Shown: positions 10,732 through 20,385 of the stretch, piece by piece
Numbering within the stretch: the first letter of the stretch is position 1
Layout: every line of letters starts with the position of its first letter
Notes under the pieces: model-generated
The model's input: only the letters and a program-made list of their open reading frames with translations
Told to the model about the DNA's origin: nothing
The model's database searches: none
Made by a program: the position numbers and the translations under genes
Assembly (NCBI GenBank): GCA_965662845.1
Contig: CBFIJD010000005.1
Coordinates: 1 to 64,000, forward strand
Direction: 5' to 3'
Length of the DNA stretch: 64,000 nt
Source: an uncultured bacterium
GTDB lineage: Bacteria; SAR324; NAC60-12

Positions 10732-10949
10732 CTGTAAGTTAGCAGCCTTTGAGCGCGACCAACGGACAGGTGAATCTCCTCCGTGCGCATGTATGCGAAC
10801 TCTGCCACCTCGTGAACGACAGCCAGCCCTTGAGACCAAAACTGCTCCCCAGACGCTCCCCAGCTTATTCCCTCCCAAAACTCCTGACGCTCGGTGAAGC
10901 GTTTCGTGAAAGGCTCCGGGGCGTACGTGCTGCTCGGCGCGGGCTTCAT
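10698..10949 (-). CDS. small hypothetical protein downstream of cbbY (uncertain)
   Basis: ORF 10698-11063 with an internal start MKPAPSS at 10949; high GC3 in the first half; sits in the 300-bp convergent gap. Confidence 0.2.
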   Translation of the reverse strand: MKPAPSSTYAPEPFTKRFTERQEFWEGISWGASGEQFWSQGLAVVHEVAEFAYMRTEEIHLSVGRAQRLLTYSYRYTNTNTPV

Positions 10950-11034
10950 GGTGCCTTGGGTGAAGCGTGTTGAGTCGAGGGCGGTGAGCCTGTGGCAGCG
11001 CGAAGCGGGGTCGCGCCACAAGTTGAGGCGCCGA

Positions 11035-11802
11035 TTAGCGGCTGTTGGAATCACAAAGCTCACGGAGCAAGTCGAGGGTCACCCAACGCTGCGCTGGGAG
11101 TTTCCCCGCTACAATTTGCATGGGTGTCTCAGGCTCTCCCAGGTGATCAGTGACCAGCCGAGCCCCTGTGAAATCGTCTGTGCGAGTGTAGGCTGTTTGG
11201 GTGACAAGGGTCGGGATGTCAGCTCCCAGCGCAGAACGCAGGCCGTTCTCCGAGTCTTCCAACGCGATGCAAGTGTCAGGTGACAGTTGCATTTGCTGTA
11301 ACGTGTAATGGTAAATGTCAGGTGACGGCTTTTTCGCGGGGACGACATCTCCTGCAGCGATGCACTCAAACCACGAGATGGAGGCCGGGCCGAGCGTATG
11401 CGTCAAGAGCGTAGTGACATTCTCTGGGGTCGTGGTCGTAACAATCGCCAGTCGAACCTCGGCGGCAAGCAGCTCCCGCAAGAGCCGCTCCACTCCAGGA
11501 CGCAGGGGAATGGCTCCTTCAGCGAGCAACGCCAGATAATGCTTGGTCTTGGCTTTGTGTAGCTTCGGAATCCACGCGTCCCACGGTTCTGGCGGTGGGT
11601 GAGAGCAATGTTGTTCAAAGAAAAAGCGCAACCGCTCTTTGCCTCCGCTGACTTGAAGCAAAGTCCCATATAACTCTTCCCCCCAGTTCCAAGCAAATCC
11701 TGCTTCGGCAAAGGCTCGGTTGAAAGCGACGCGGTGTCCGTCACGTTCGGTGTCGGCAAGCGTCCCATCTACGTCCCACAACACTGCTTGAAGTTTGCTC
11801 AT
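11035..11802 (-). CDS. cbbY: CbbY-family HAD hydrolase (xylulose-1,5-bisphosphate phosphatase)
   Basis: N-terminus 'VLWDVDGTLADTERDGHRVAFNRAFAEAG...LYGTLLQVSGGKERL' is near-identical to the characterised CbbY N-terminus; 255 aa. Confidence 0.85.
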   Translation of the reverse strand: MSKLQAVLWDVDGTLADTERDGHRVAFNRAFAEAGFAWNWGEELYGTLLQVSGGKERLRFFFEQHCSHPPPEPWDAWIPKLHKAKTKHYLALLAEGAIPLRPGVERLLRELLAAEVRLAIVTTTTPENVTTLLTHTLGPASISWFECIAAGDVVPAKKPSPDIYHYTLQQMQLSPDTCIALEDSENGLRSALGADIPTLVTQTAYTRTDDFTGARLVTDHLGEPETPMQIVAGKLPAQRWVTLDLLRELCDSNSR

Positions 11803-11906
11803 GAAAGGTTCCTCTCGATTTGGGTTTTGTGCGGAAAGCTCTGATGCTCGGGAAGCAAAGAAGCGTCGAACAGTAGCAAAGTTTCTGTTGACGAGAAAGT
11901 CTACAA

Positions 11907-12791
11907 ATGCCTGATCGTGTCCGTGGTTTGCTGTTGGTCAGTTGGGGGGTGCTGTTTTTGTCTCCGGACTCGCTGCTGGTGCGGCTGGGCGAGCAGCCTC
12001 CGGAGGTGACGCTGTTTTGGCGGGGCCTGTTGCAGGGGCTCGGGCTCTTGTTGATTACAGGCTGGCGCTTCGGCGTGGGGTGGTGGGAGCAGGTGAAGCA
12101 GACAGGCAGCGCGGGCGTGGTGTGTGTCTTCGGTTTTGTCGGAAGCTCTGTGTTTTTCGTGCTCGCCGTGCAGAACGCTATCGTGGGGCATGTGCTGGTG
12201 CTCTTGAACACGGCGCCAATGATGGCTGGGCTGCTGAGTTGGTGGATCTTAAAAGAGATTCCGAGCCGCTTGACGTGGGGGCTGATTGCCGTGAGCATCG
12301 TAGGTGCGACCTTGATTGTGCTGGATCATGGCGGGGACGTAAGCGTGGGGACGTCGAGTACGTTTGGTCTGCTGATGGCGTTGTGCACTGCGCTGGCGTC
12401 AGCGATCAATTTTTTGGGCGCTCGGGCGAAGGCCCCTTTGGATGTTACGCCGGTCTTGGTCTTTGGATGCTTTGGTTTGTCGTTAGGAGCGGCTCTGTTG
12501 GGGGGCGCGGTGATTCCCCCATGGGAGTCGTTTCGTTGGCTGGTTTTGCTGGGTGGCTTCTTTTTGCCGTTGGCATACGCCGGCATTCAGCTGGGCCCAC
12601 GGTATTTGAGCGCGCCAGAGACCAGTTTGATCTTATTGTTAGAGACGGTGATTGGTTCGCTGTTGGTCTGGTTCTTTTTGAACGAAGTGCCAGGCCCACG
12701 AGGCGTTCTCGGTGGCAGCTTGATTGTGGGAAGTTTGATGGCCAAAGGCTGGTGGGAGTGGCGCCAGCAAGCGCAACGCAAACGAGTGTAA
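11907..12791 (+). CDS. EamA/DMT-family transporter
   Basis: 10-TM hydrophobic protein with two EamA-like halves. Confidence 0.7.
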   Translation: MPDRVRGLLLVSWGVLFLSPDSLLVRLGEQPPEVTLFWRGLLQGLGLLLITGWRFGVGWWEQVKQTGSAGVVCVFGFVGSSVFFVLAVQNAIVGHVLVLLNTAPMMAGLLSWWILKEIPSRLTWGLIAVSIVGATLIVLDHGGDVSVGTSSTFGLLMALCTALASAINFLGARAKAPLDVTPVLVFGCFGLSLGAALLGGAVIPPWESFRWLVLLGGFFLPLAYAGIQLGPRYLSAPETSLILLLETVIGSLLVWFFLNEVPGPRGVLGGSLIVGSLMAKGWWEWRQQAQRKRV

Positions 12792-12853
12792 GTTGCATGT
12801 TACAAAAAGAGAAAGCAAATCTCTGATATTTCAAACGATTTCTGGAGAATCTG

Positions 12854-13555
12854 ATGATTGATTTCTACTATTTTCCGACTCCCAACGGTCACAAGATTAC
12901 CATTTTTTTGGAAGAGGCTAGGCTGCGTTATCGCATCCATGTGGTGGACATTTTGGAAGGTGATCAGTTCAAAGAAGATTTTTTGAAAATCTCTCCGAAC
13001 AACAAGATGCCAGCGATCGTCGATCACGCACCTGAAGACGGAGAAGGGCCGCTAGCGCTCTTTGAATCGGGGGCCATTCTGCGCTATCTCGCCCAGAAGA
13101 CAGAGAAGTATTACCCCGAAGATTTCCGCAAAGCGTGGGAAGCCGAGCAGTGGTTGATGTGGCAAATGGCGGGTTTTGGTCCAATGCTGGGACAGAATCA
13201 TCACTTCAACACCTATGCGCCGGAGCGGATTCCTTACGCGCAAGAGCGATATACGAAGGAGACGGAGCGGCTGTATAAGGTGCTCAATGAGCGTCTGCGC
13301 CATCGTGAGTTTGTGATCGACGACTACTCCATTGTGGACATGGCGATCTATCCTTGGGCGCGAGGGTGGGAACGTCAGAAGGTCAACATCCAGCAGCTGC
13401 CGTATGTCGCGGACTATTTGAACATGGTCGGGAGTCGACCCGCCGTTGTGCGTGCTTATGAAATTGCAGAGGAATATCGCAAGGTTGACCCTAACAACAT
13501 CAGCCCAGCAGAGTGGAAGAGGCTCTTTGGAAATGACGGCAAACCGAATGCATGA
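12854..13555 (+). CDS. glutathione S-transferase, YfcG/YghU-like
   Basis: N-terminus '[21 protein letters not shown]...[13 protein letters not shown]' matches the Nu-class GST YfcG. Confidence 0.85.
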   Translation: MIDFYYFPTPNGHKITIFLEEARLRYRIHVVDILEGDQFKEDFLKISPNNKMPAIVDHAPEDGEGPLALFESGAILRYLAQKTEKYYPEDFRKAWEAEQWLMWQMAGFGPMLGQNHHFNTYAPERIPYAQERYTKETERLYKVLNERLRHREFVIDDYSIVDMAIYPWARGWERQKVNIQQLPYVADYLNMVGSRPAVVRAYEIAEEYRKVDPNNISPAEWKRLFGNDGKPNA

Positions 13556-13886
13556 GATCCACTGGGAAGACTTCGCGAAAGTTGACCTCCGTGTGGGCAC
13601 AATTGTCCGTGTGGAAGCGTTTCCAGCGGCGCGACGTCCTGCATGGAAGCTGTGGATCGACTTTGGAGAGGAGATTGGCGTGAAACCATCCAGCGCACAA
13701 ATCACGGATCTGTATGATCGAGAGAGCCTGCAGGGGCGGCAGGTAGTGGCTGTGGTGAATGTTCCACCGAAGCAAATCGGTCCTTTTCGTTCAGAGTGCC
13801 TGGTCACGGGGTTCGCGCGGGCTGATGGCGCCGTCGTGCTGACTGTTCCAGATCAGGAAATCCCCAATGGAACCCGCTTATTTTGA
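13548..13886 (+). CDS. csaA: tRNA-binding protein CsaA (EMAP/Myf domain)
   Basis: '[20 protein letters not shown]' matches the CsaA N-terminus; ATGCATGA overlap with the GST stop. Confidence 0.8.
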   Translation: MHEIHWEDFAKVDLRVGTIVRVEAFPAARRPAWKLWIDFGEEIGVKPSSAQITDLYDRESLQGRQVVAVVNVPPKQIGPFRSECLVTGFARADGAVVLTVPDQEIPNGTRLF

Positions 13887-14238
13887 GAGTGCTGTGTCGC
13901 CGTATGCTCTACTGTCGATCGCGATTGTTTTGGAAGTGTTTGCCACGAGCGCGCTGAGAGCCACAGAAGGGTTCACACGCCTTGGGCCGAGTGTTGGCGT
14001 CTTGCTTGGATATGGGATTTCGTTTTATTGCCTGAGTATTGTGACCCAACACATCGCTGTGGGCGTGACCTACGCGGTGTGGTCTGGGATGGGAATTGTG
14101 CTGGTTTCAGGGATTGGTTGGGTGTGGTATCAGCAGCCCCTTGATTGGGCGGCGCGCATCGGGATGCTGCTGATTATCGCGGGCGTGTTGGTGCTGTTTT
14201 TGTTGTCTGACTCCACGCATGGGAAGTCACAGCCGTAG
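13867..14238 (+). CDS. SMR-family (EmrE/SugE-like) small multidrug efflux protein
   Basis: 4-TM ~110-aa protein; '[20 protein letters not shown]...[11 protein letters not shown]' matches the EmrE family; start may be the GTG at 13894. Confidence 0.8.
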   Translation: MEPAYFESAVSPYALLSIAIVLEVFATSALRATEGFTRLGPSVGVLLGYGISFYCLSIVTQHIAVGVTYAVWSGMGIVLVSGIGWVWYQQPLDWAARIGMLLIIAGVLVLFLLSDSTHGKSQP

Positions 14239-15273
14239 CATCTGCCCATGCTGGAGCGTGATGAAGTTCTCTGGCGAAAGCTCGGCGCGCAACAGCTCAG
14301 AACGCAACAGCGCAGGCGGCTCGCGCAAGGGTTCATCGGTGAGATTGAGGAAGGTGCCCCAGTGCATACCGACGGAGAAGCGGCTGCTGACGTCTTGGTG
14401 AATGCGCACTGCCTCAGCGGGATTCACGTGCATGTCTTTCATGAACCAGCGAGGAGCATACGCGCCAATGGGCAACAGCGAGATGTCCATGTATTCAAAG
14501 CGCTCGCCAATGTCGGCAAAGTCCTTCGAATAGCCGGTGTCTCCAGCGAAGAAGAGCCGTTTGTTGGGAGCCTCGAGCACCCAGCCGGCCCAAAGAGTTT
14601 TGTTGGTGTCGAGCAGCGTGCGCTTGCTCCAGTGTTGCACGGGCACCGCGTGCATCTCCCAGTCTCCTACCGAATGACTCTCCCACCAGTCTAGTTCGAC
14701 GACGTTGCGGTCGATGCCGATGTCTGCGAACCACGCTCTCAGCCCCAAAGGAACTAGGAACAGCGGTGGATTGTCTGGCTGCCGCTCAAAGATTGCTTTG
14801 ACGCTGGGCCGATCCAGATGATCGTAGTGATTGTGAGAGATGACGACGACGTCGAGCGGCGGTAAATCGTCCAGGCTCATGGTGAGCTCGACCAGTCGAT
14901 CAGGGCCCGCGAAGGTTACGGGAGAGGCGTAGCGCGTTAAATGCGGATCGGTGATTACGTTCAAGCCGCGATGTTGCCAGAGAAAGGTGGAGTGGCCGAT
15001 CCATGTCAGCGTGGAGTCCTCGCGGTTGTTCTTCAGATATTCCACGTCGGGGCGCACCGTTTCAAAAGCGACGGGTTCTTGGGAAGTTCGCTCCCAACGC
15101 CACCGCATCAGTTTGTCAAAGCCCTTAGTCATGCGTTCCGGTGGCAGGTAGTTATTCTGGAAGGTGCCCGCTTGGGTGTGATGTGCCGGGCGAGTTCCGT
15201 CTTGGCGGGTGGGGCGAGGTTCCGTACACGACATGAGCAATAGTCCAAGCAAAAGGAGCAAAACGAAGGGCAT
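14227..15273 (-). CDS. MBL-fold metallo-hydrolase (NAPE-PLD-like), secreted
   Basis: Signal peptide; 'VVISHNHYDHLD' HxHxDH motif; beta-lactamase fold. Confidence 0.75.
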   Translation of the reverse strand: MPFVLLLLLGLLLMSCTEPRPTRQDGTRPAHHTQAGTFQNNYLPPERMTKGFDKLMRWRWERTSQEPVAFETVRPDVEYLKNNREDSTLTWIGHSTFLWQHRGLNVITDPHLTRYASPVTFAGPDRLVELTMSLDDLPPLDVVVISHNHYDHLDRPSVKAIFERQPDNPPLFLVPLGLRAWFADIGIDRNVVELDWWESHSVGDWEMHAVPVQHWSKRTLLDTNKTLWAGWVLEAPNKRLFFAGDTGYSKDFADIGERFEYMDISLLPIGAYAPRWFMKDMHVNPAEAVRIHQDVSSRFSVGMHWGTFLNLTDEPLREPPALLRSELLRAELSPENFITLQHGQMLRL

Positions 15274-15296
15274 GGGATCTCCGATGGCGTGTTGAA

Positions 15297-16304
15297 TTAG
15301 CGCACAATATTAGGGAAGGCATCCATGCGCAGAGAGTCAAACCGTTGGGCGGCATAACGATAAGAGCCGAGGCAAGCGACCATGGCTGCGTTGTCAGTGC
15401 AGAGCCGTGGAGGGGGATACCACAGCTCAATGTCACGTTTCGCGGCTTCTTGGGTGAAAGATTCGCGTAAGAAGCGGCTCGCGGCGAGTCCTCCTGAAAC
15501 GGAGAGGCGCTGTAATTTGTGGGCTTTGAGCGCTTGGAAGGTCTTGTGCTGGAGCACGCGCGCGATACTGCGGAAGAAGCAGGCGAGGACTTCGGGCTCT
15601 TCCTGTTGAGCGGCTTGGGGTTCTCTCTCACGAAAGCGTAACATCGCCGTTTTGAGGCCACTAAACGAGAAGTCATAGTCTGGCTCATGCAGGCGAGGGC
15701 TGGGAAACTCGTAGCGTTCTCCAGCATTTTCGACAGCGTAGCGATCCACAATGGGGCCGCCGGGCATGGGATGTCCGAACATCTTCGCGACTTTGTCGAC
15801 GCACTCGCCGGCGGCGTCATCCACGCTGCGTCCGATGATGTCATAGTCAAAGTGATCCCGTGCGTGCATCAGCAAGGTGTGGCCTCCAGCGACGACGAGG
15901 TGCAAGATGGGGAACGTGAACGCGCGATCCGCGAGCACATTCGCATAGGGATGGGACTCCACATGATTCAAGCCGATCAAAGGAATGCGCAGCGAATAGG
16001 CGAGGGTCTTGGCGACCATGACCCCGACCAGCAGCGCTCCCAGCAAGCCGGGCAAGTTCGAGACGGCGATGTAATCTAGCTCGTGGAGCTCGACCTCGGC
16101 CTTGCGGCAGGCCTCTTCGATCAAGGCGTGGATGACCTCCAGGTGTTTGCGGGCTGCGCGTTCGGGCACAACGCCGCCAAATTCCGCGTGGTCTTTATAT
16201 TGAGAGAGGGTGAGGTTGGCCAAAATCTCATGGTGGCCGCGCACAATGGCGATCGAGGTGTCGTCGAAGGTCGTGTCAATGCCCAGACCGAGCGGTGCTT
16301 TCAT
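15297..16304 (-). CDS. tsaD: tRNA N6-adenosine threonylcarbamoyltransferase TsaD
   Basis: Full-length similarity to Kae1/TsaD ('GIDTTFDDTSIAIV', 'GGVVPERAARKH', 'CTDNAAMVA'). Confidence 0.9.
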   Translation of the reverse strand: MKAPLGLGIDTTFDDTSIAIVRGHHEILANLTLSQYKDHAEFGGVVPERAARKHLEVIHALIEEACRKAEVELHELDYIAVSNLPGLLGALLVGVMVAKTLAYSLRIPLIGLNHVESHPYANVLADRAFTFPILHLVVAGGHTLLMHARDHFDYDIIGRSVDDAAGECVDKVAKMFGHPMPGGPIVDRYAVENAGERYEFPSPRLHEPDYDFSFSGLKTAMLRFREREPQAAQQEEPEVLACFFRSIARVLQHKTFQALKAHKLQRLSVSGGLAASRFLRESFTQEAAKRDIELWYPPPRLCTDNAAMVACLGSYRYAAQRFDSLRMDAFPNIVR

Positions 16305-16375
16305 GGAGCGTGATGATCAGGAGATGCGAAGAAGAGAGCGCCTGTGTAAGGTGTCACTTGTGGTGTGCATGTAAC

Positions 16376-17071
16376 TTACAGCAGGACGTGAATGTCATAG
16401 AAGGCGTGGGTGTAGGCGGTGACCGCAAAGCCTCTCACAAAGTAAAGCACAGTGAACACGAGTCCGGCAACCCAGCGGAACATAAAGCTGTCGAGTTCAA
16501 AGGGCTCGCCCATGTTGCCAACATAGTGAGCGAGAGCAAAAAAGAAAGAGGCGCTGCTGATGGCGACTACGGCGGTCACGACAGTGCTGCGCAACACGGG
16601 AAGCAGCGCCGCAAAGAGCAGGTTCAAGAGCACCACGCGGAACACAAACTCTTCAAACAAACCGGCTCCAATCGACAGCGCGAGCTTTTGCAAGGTTCCC
16701 TGTCCGGCAAGGGCAGAGAGCCAAACATATTGCAGCAGCAGGTTCACCAGCATGCCAAGTACGAGGCTGTAAGCGAAGGACTCGAGCAAGATGAATACGC
16801 CGTGCATTGGCCGAAAGTGCGCTTCTGGATTGCGGGTCTTGATCCACACGAGGGCGCCGATCACGAGACCAATCATCACAAAGGTGACGTGCTGTGAGTT
16901 GATCTCAAACGCACGCAAAATGTAACGTAACCACACGTCCGCGGCGTTGCGCACTTGCCAGTAGGATGTGCTCGTCATCGCGAGCAGAATCTCGTAGCTG
17001 ATGAGCAGGGGGAGCGCCATGACCACAGAAACGAAAGGCGTGCGTGACGCTTCCCAATAGGATGTGTTCAT
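16376..17071 (-). CDS. CPBP-family intramembrane metalloprotease (CAAX protease/Abi)
   Basis: Multi-TM protein with motif 1 'EEFVFR' and the conserved H in 'HYVGN'. Confidence 0.75.
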   Translation of the reverse strand: MNTSYWEASRTPFVSVVMALPLLISYEILLAMTSTSYWQVRNAADVWLRYILRAFEINSQHVTFVMIGLVIGALVWIKTRNPEAHFRPMHGVFILLESFAYSLVLGMLVNLLLQYVWLSALAGQGTLQKLALSIGAGLFEEFVFRVVLLNLLFAALLPVLRSTVVTAVVAISSASFFFALAHYVGNMGEPFELDSFMFRWVAGLVFTVLYFVRGFAVTAYTHAFYDIHVLL

Positions 17072-17076
17072 GGGGC

Positions 17077-17766
17077 TTAGATGCGGGTGATCTGGATGGA
17101 ATCAACGAAGTTGAGGTTGCGCAGCTGGAAGGCGCGGTCTTCGGCTTGCTCTTTGGAAGCTTTGCCTACGCGCACTCGATACAACACGCTGTTGTCAGGG
17201 TTGATGTGGGTGTGGATGTAAGCGTCTGGAAAGCCGCGATCGCGCAACATATTCAGCATATCTTCCGCGTTTTTGCGCAGTTTGGAAGAGAACACTTGAA
17301 CCGTGTAATTCGTCGAAGGCTCTTGCGCTGGACGCGCCATGTTCTCGGCAGGTTCGGATGTGACATACGTTCCCTCGGTAGCTGACGCGGCGTCCTCCGC
17401 AGCTTCTTCTTCTTCGGCCTCGCGCGTGTACACATCGGATGGGCGCGGCTCGGCAGCGCTACTTGCCGCGGATTGCAGCTGTGAGGTGCGCTCTTTTAAG
17501 CGCTCAAAGCCGGGCAGCCGAATCTCGACTTCCTCAGGGCCGTCTTCTGACATGCTGAAGAACTCCAACTCTTCTTTAGTCAAGTCTGGGGCCTGAGGGA
17601 CATCGGCACGTGGGGGCGGGGTTTGCGAGAAGTCCACCTGCCGCATGCTCTGGCCTGTAATCATTCCCATGTAAAAGCTCACAAGCAGGCTGACCCCGCC
17701 CAAGATGGTGAGAGCGAGAGCTGCGGGGATAGAAAGTTGAACGCGATAGGCTTTTCGAGAAGACAT
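17077..17766 (-). CDS. SPOR-domain protein (septal peptidoglycan binding)
   Basis: N-terminal TM, low-complexity acidic linker, C-terminal SPOR-like domain ('YTVQVFSSKLRKNAEDML...YRVRVGK'). Confidence 0.7.
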   Translation of the reverse strand: MSSRKAYRVQLSIPAALALTILGGVSLLVSFYMGMITGQSMRQVDFSQTPPPRADVPQAPDLTKEELEFFSMSEDGPEEVEIRLPGFERLKERTSQLQSAASSAAEPRPSDVYTREAEEEEAAEDAASATEGTYVTSEPAENMARPAQEPSTNYTVQVFSSKLRKNAEDMLNMLRDRGFPDAYIHTHINPDNSVLYRVRVGKASKEQAEDRAFQLRNLNFVDSIQITRI

Positions 17767-17776
17767 GACGGTTCCA

Positions 17777-18457
17777 TTATGAGGGCATCCAGCGTCCTCT
17801 GAGGGTCGGATGGGAAAGTTCTTGATGGAGCATTTGCAGAAAATCCTCTCGCGACATCTCTTCAGCTCCCATGCTCAAGAGATGCGGAGTGGTCACTTGA
17901 CAGTCAATAAAGCGAATTCCGTTTTCTGCGGCAAAGCGGCAGAGCGCGACGAGCGCCACCTTGGAGGCGTCATTTTGTTTGCTAAACATCGACTCGCCGA
18001 AGAAGCAGTGGCCTAATGACACGCCATAGAGTCCGCCCACTAGCTCCCCGTTAGACCACGCTTCGACAGAGTGTGCATACCCCTCGGCGTGGAGATCGGT
18101 GTAAGCCCGCCGCATCTGAGAAGTGATCCACGTCCCGTCTTGAAAGCGAGTGGCGCCGCATTGATAGATGACCTCTTCAAAGTTAGAGTCAAAGCGGATT
18201 TCAAACAACTCTTTCTTGATGACTTTGCTCAAGCTCCGCCGGACGTTCACTTTCTCTGGAAACAAGACCAAGCGCGGGTCTGGACTCCACCACAGGATGG
18301 GTTGCCCGTCCTCATACCAAGGAAAGATTCCCATGCTATATGCAGCCAACAGCCGTTCATTCGACAAGTCTCCCCCAATGGCGAGCAGGCCGCTGCGGTC
18401 AGCTTCTGCGGGGGAGGGAAAGGCAAGCGAACGAGGGTGCAGATGAAAGATGGGCAT
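17777..18457 (-). CDS. aat: leucyl/phenylalanyl-tRNA--protein transferase
   Basis: 'SLAFPSP...GLLAIGGDLS..RLL.AYSMGIFPWYEDGQPILWWSPDPR' matches E. coli Aat; start set at MPIFHL by homology. Confidence 0.9.
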   Translation of the reverse strand: MPIFHLHPRSLAFPSPAEADRSGLLAIGGDLSNERLLAAYSMGIFPWYEDGQPILWWSPDPRLVLFPEKVNVRRSLSKVIKKELFEIRFDSNFEEVIYQCGATRFQDGTWITSQMRRAYTDLHAEGYAHSVEAWSNGELVGGLYGVSLGHCFFGESMFSKQNDASKVALVALCRFAAENGIRFIDCQVTTPHLLSMGAEEMSREDFLQMLHQELSHPTLRGRWMPS

Positions 18458-18523
18458 AGTTCTCTGCAGGCGCAAAAAGCGTGGCAAACATCAAAGGGCG
18501 TCGAAGCTCCCTGCTGGGGAATA

Positions 18524-19447
18524 TTGGGCGCAGGCGCCATGGGGTGGCTGTGGACGCTGTTTCTGAAACGATCCGGGACACAAACCCTGCTGTTGCACCG
18601 AGGATCCGAGACTCAACGAAGCTGTCAACTGGAGCAGGGAAAAAGTACAACTATATGCAACACTCCTTCCGCAAAGGCAAGCGAAGCAACTCTCCCTCCC
18701 CTGCAGGCTCTGCTGGTCACCACGAAAGCCTTCGCCGTGAAGACGGCCTTATTGCCGTTGCGCGAACAGTTACAATCCCAGCGATGCCCCATCATTTTAG
18801 CACAGAACGGCATGGGCCTTTTTGAAGAAGTGCGAGAGTGCTTCCCCGATCAACCGCTCTTGCTGCTCTCTACCAGCAACGGCGCCTATCGCGTGGCGCC
18901 TGAGCGAGTGCGGCACACAGGGACTGGAAACAGCTACCTTGGCTGCTTGGATGACTCGGTCTCGGCAGAAGCCCGCGTGCAACTCGTGGAGACGTTGCAA
19001 CGCACGGAAGCGCCTGTGATTTGGGAGCCCAAAATGGCGAGACGTCTATGGGAGAAGCTGGTGGTCAACTGTGCGATCAACTCCCTGACCGCTCTGTGGA
19101 ATTGCCGGAATGGCGACCTGTTGCAGCTGCCCCCAGCCGAGCGCTTGATGAACGCGATTGCGACGGAGGCGACGGAGGTCATGGCAGCGGCGCTCGCAGA
19201 GACCGTCTCTCTTCCGGAGCTGCTCCAGCGCACACGGGATGTCGCGGAAAAAACCAGTGCGAATTACTCGTCGATGTGCGAGGATCGCCACTTTGGCAAA
19301 CCTACAGAAGTTGAATATATTCAGGGGTTTGTTGCGCGACAGGCCGCTCAATATGGCATACCCACACCGACTCTTTCTACCATTGTCGAGCTGTTGCGTG
19401 TTCCTCATTTTCATAGACCCACAACACAAGCAAAGGAGGAGTCATGA
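18524..19447 (+). CDS. panE: 2-dehydropantoate 2-reductase (PanE/ApbA family)
   Basis: 'ILGAGAMGWLW' Rossmann motif and ApbA C-domain; in-frame ORF 18071-19447 overlaps divergent aat, so the real start is probably TTG 18524 or ATG 18539. Confidence 0.7.
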   Translation: MGAGAMGWLWTLFLKRSGTQTLLLHRGSETQRSCQLEQGKSTTICNTPSAKASEATLPPLQALLVTTKAFAVKTALLPLREQLQSQRCPIILAQNGMGLFEEVRECFPDQPLLLLSTSNGAYRVAPERVRHTGTGNSYLGCLDDSVSAEARVQLVETLQRTEAPVIWEPKMARRLWEKLVVNCAINSLTALWNCRNGDLLQLPPAERLMNAIATEATEVMAAALAETVSLPELLQRTRDVAEKTSANYSSMCEDRHFGKPTEVEYIQGFVARQAAQYGIPTPTLSTIVELLRVPHFHRPTTQAKEES

Positions 19448-20385
19448 GCACCGGTTATTACACCGATCCGATTTACCTTCAACACGACACGGGTGAACAC
19501 CCAGAGCGCGCCGCCCGCCTTGAAGCGATTGATCGACATTTGAGCTACAGCGGCTTGATGCACTCTTTGGAAGTGAAGTCTGCCCGCCGCGCCGAGATTC
19601 GCGAAATTGAAGCGCTGCACACCGCAGAGCATGTTCGTCACCTAGAAGAAGTCTCCAAATCGGGGCAGACCATGCTCGATACGCCGGACTGTGTGGTGTC
19701 AGCCCAAACCTATGACGCGGCCTTGTGCGCCGTTGGCGCCGTGTTAGACAGCGTTGTAGAAGTCGCCGAGCGCCGGCTAGACAACGCATTCTGCGCCGTA
19801 CGACCTCCCGGTCATCATGCAGAACGCAACCGAGCGATGGGCTTCTGCTTCTTCAATAATGTTGCGCTCGGCGCAGAGTTCTTACGGAAAAATTTTGGCT
19901 ACCAACGCATCCTGATTTTTGACTTTGACGTGCATCACGGCAATGGAACCCAGCACTTGTTTGAAGAGAGCAATGAGGTGCTCTACGCCAGCACGCACCA
20001 AGACCCCCGCACGTGCTATCCAGGCACCGGCCTTGCCGACGAAACCGGCTTGGGCCAAGGACGAGGCTACACTTTAAATGTGCCGCTGGACCCGGGCACG
20101 AATGACGAGACGTATCTGATCCATTTTCGCGAGAAAGTGCTCCCTCAATTTGAAGAGTTTCAACCCGACTTTGTCCTCCTCTCCGCAGGCTTTGATGCCC
20201 ACATCCGCGACCCGCTTGCGTCCTTGCGTTTGACAGAGACCGCATACCGAGAGATCACCAGAGCCATGCGAGAGCTGGCAGAAAAGCATGCGGGAGGGCG
20301 CTTGGTGAGCCTATTGGAAGGGGGCTATGATTTAGACGCTTTAGCCTCAAGCGTCGAAGCGCATATTGAGGAGCTGCGCAACTGA
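19444..20385 (+). CDS. histone deacetylase-family amidohydrolase (AcuC/AphA-like)
   Basis: HDAC core motifs ('RPPGHHA', 'FDFDVHHGNGTQ', 'GGYDL'); ATGA overlap with the panE stop. Confidence 0.85.
   Translation: MSTGYYTDPIYLQHDTGEHPERAARLEAIDRHLSYSGLMHSLEVKSARRAEIREIEALHTAEHVRHLEEVSKSGQTMLDTPDCVVSAQTYDAALCAVGAVLDSVVEVAERRLDNAFCAVRPPGHHAERNRAMGFCFFNNVALGAEFLRKNFGYQRILIFDFDVHHGNGTQHLFEESNEVLYASTHQDPRTCYPGTGLADETGLGQGRGYTLNVPLDPGTNDETYLIHFREKVLPQFEEFQPDFVLLSAGFDAHIRDPLASLRLTETAYREITRAMRELAEKHAGGRLVSLLEGGYDLDALASSVEAHIEELRN

Noticed and set aside
16295-16897. Long antisense ORFs overlapping well-supported genes (e.g. 16295-16897 over the CPBP gene, 871-1437 and 1197-2018 over the AAA gene, 26066-26629 inside csoS2, 34076-34507 inside sulP).
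   Set aside because: These are typical GC-rich antisense frames with Arg/Ala/Ser-rich low-complexity translations and no recognisable domains. The opposite-strand genes have clear homology.
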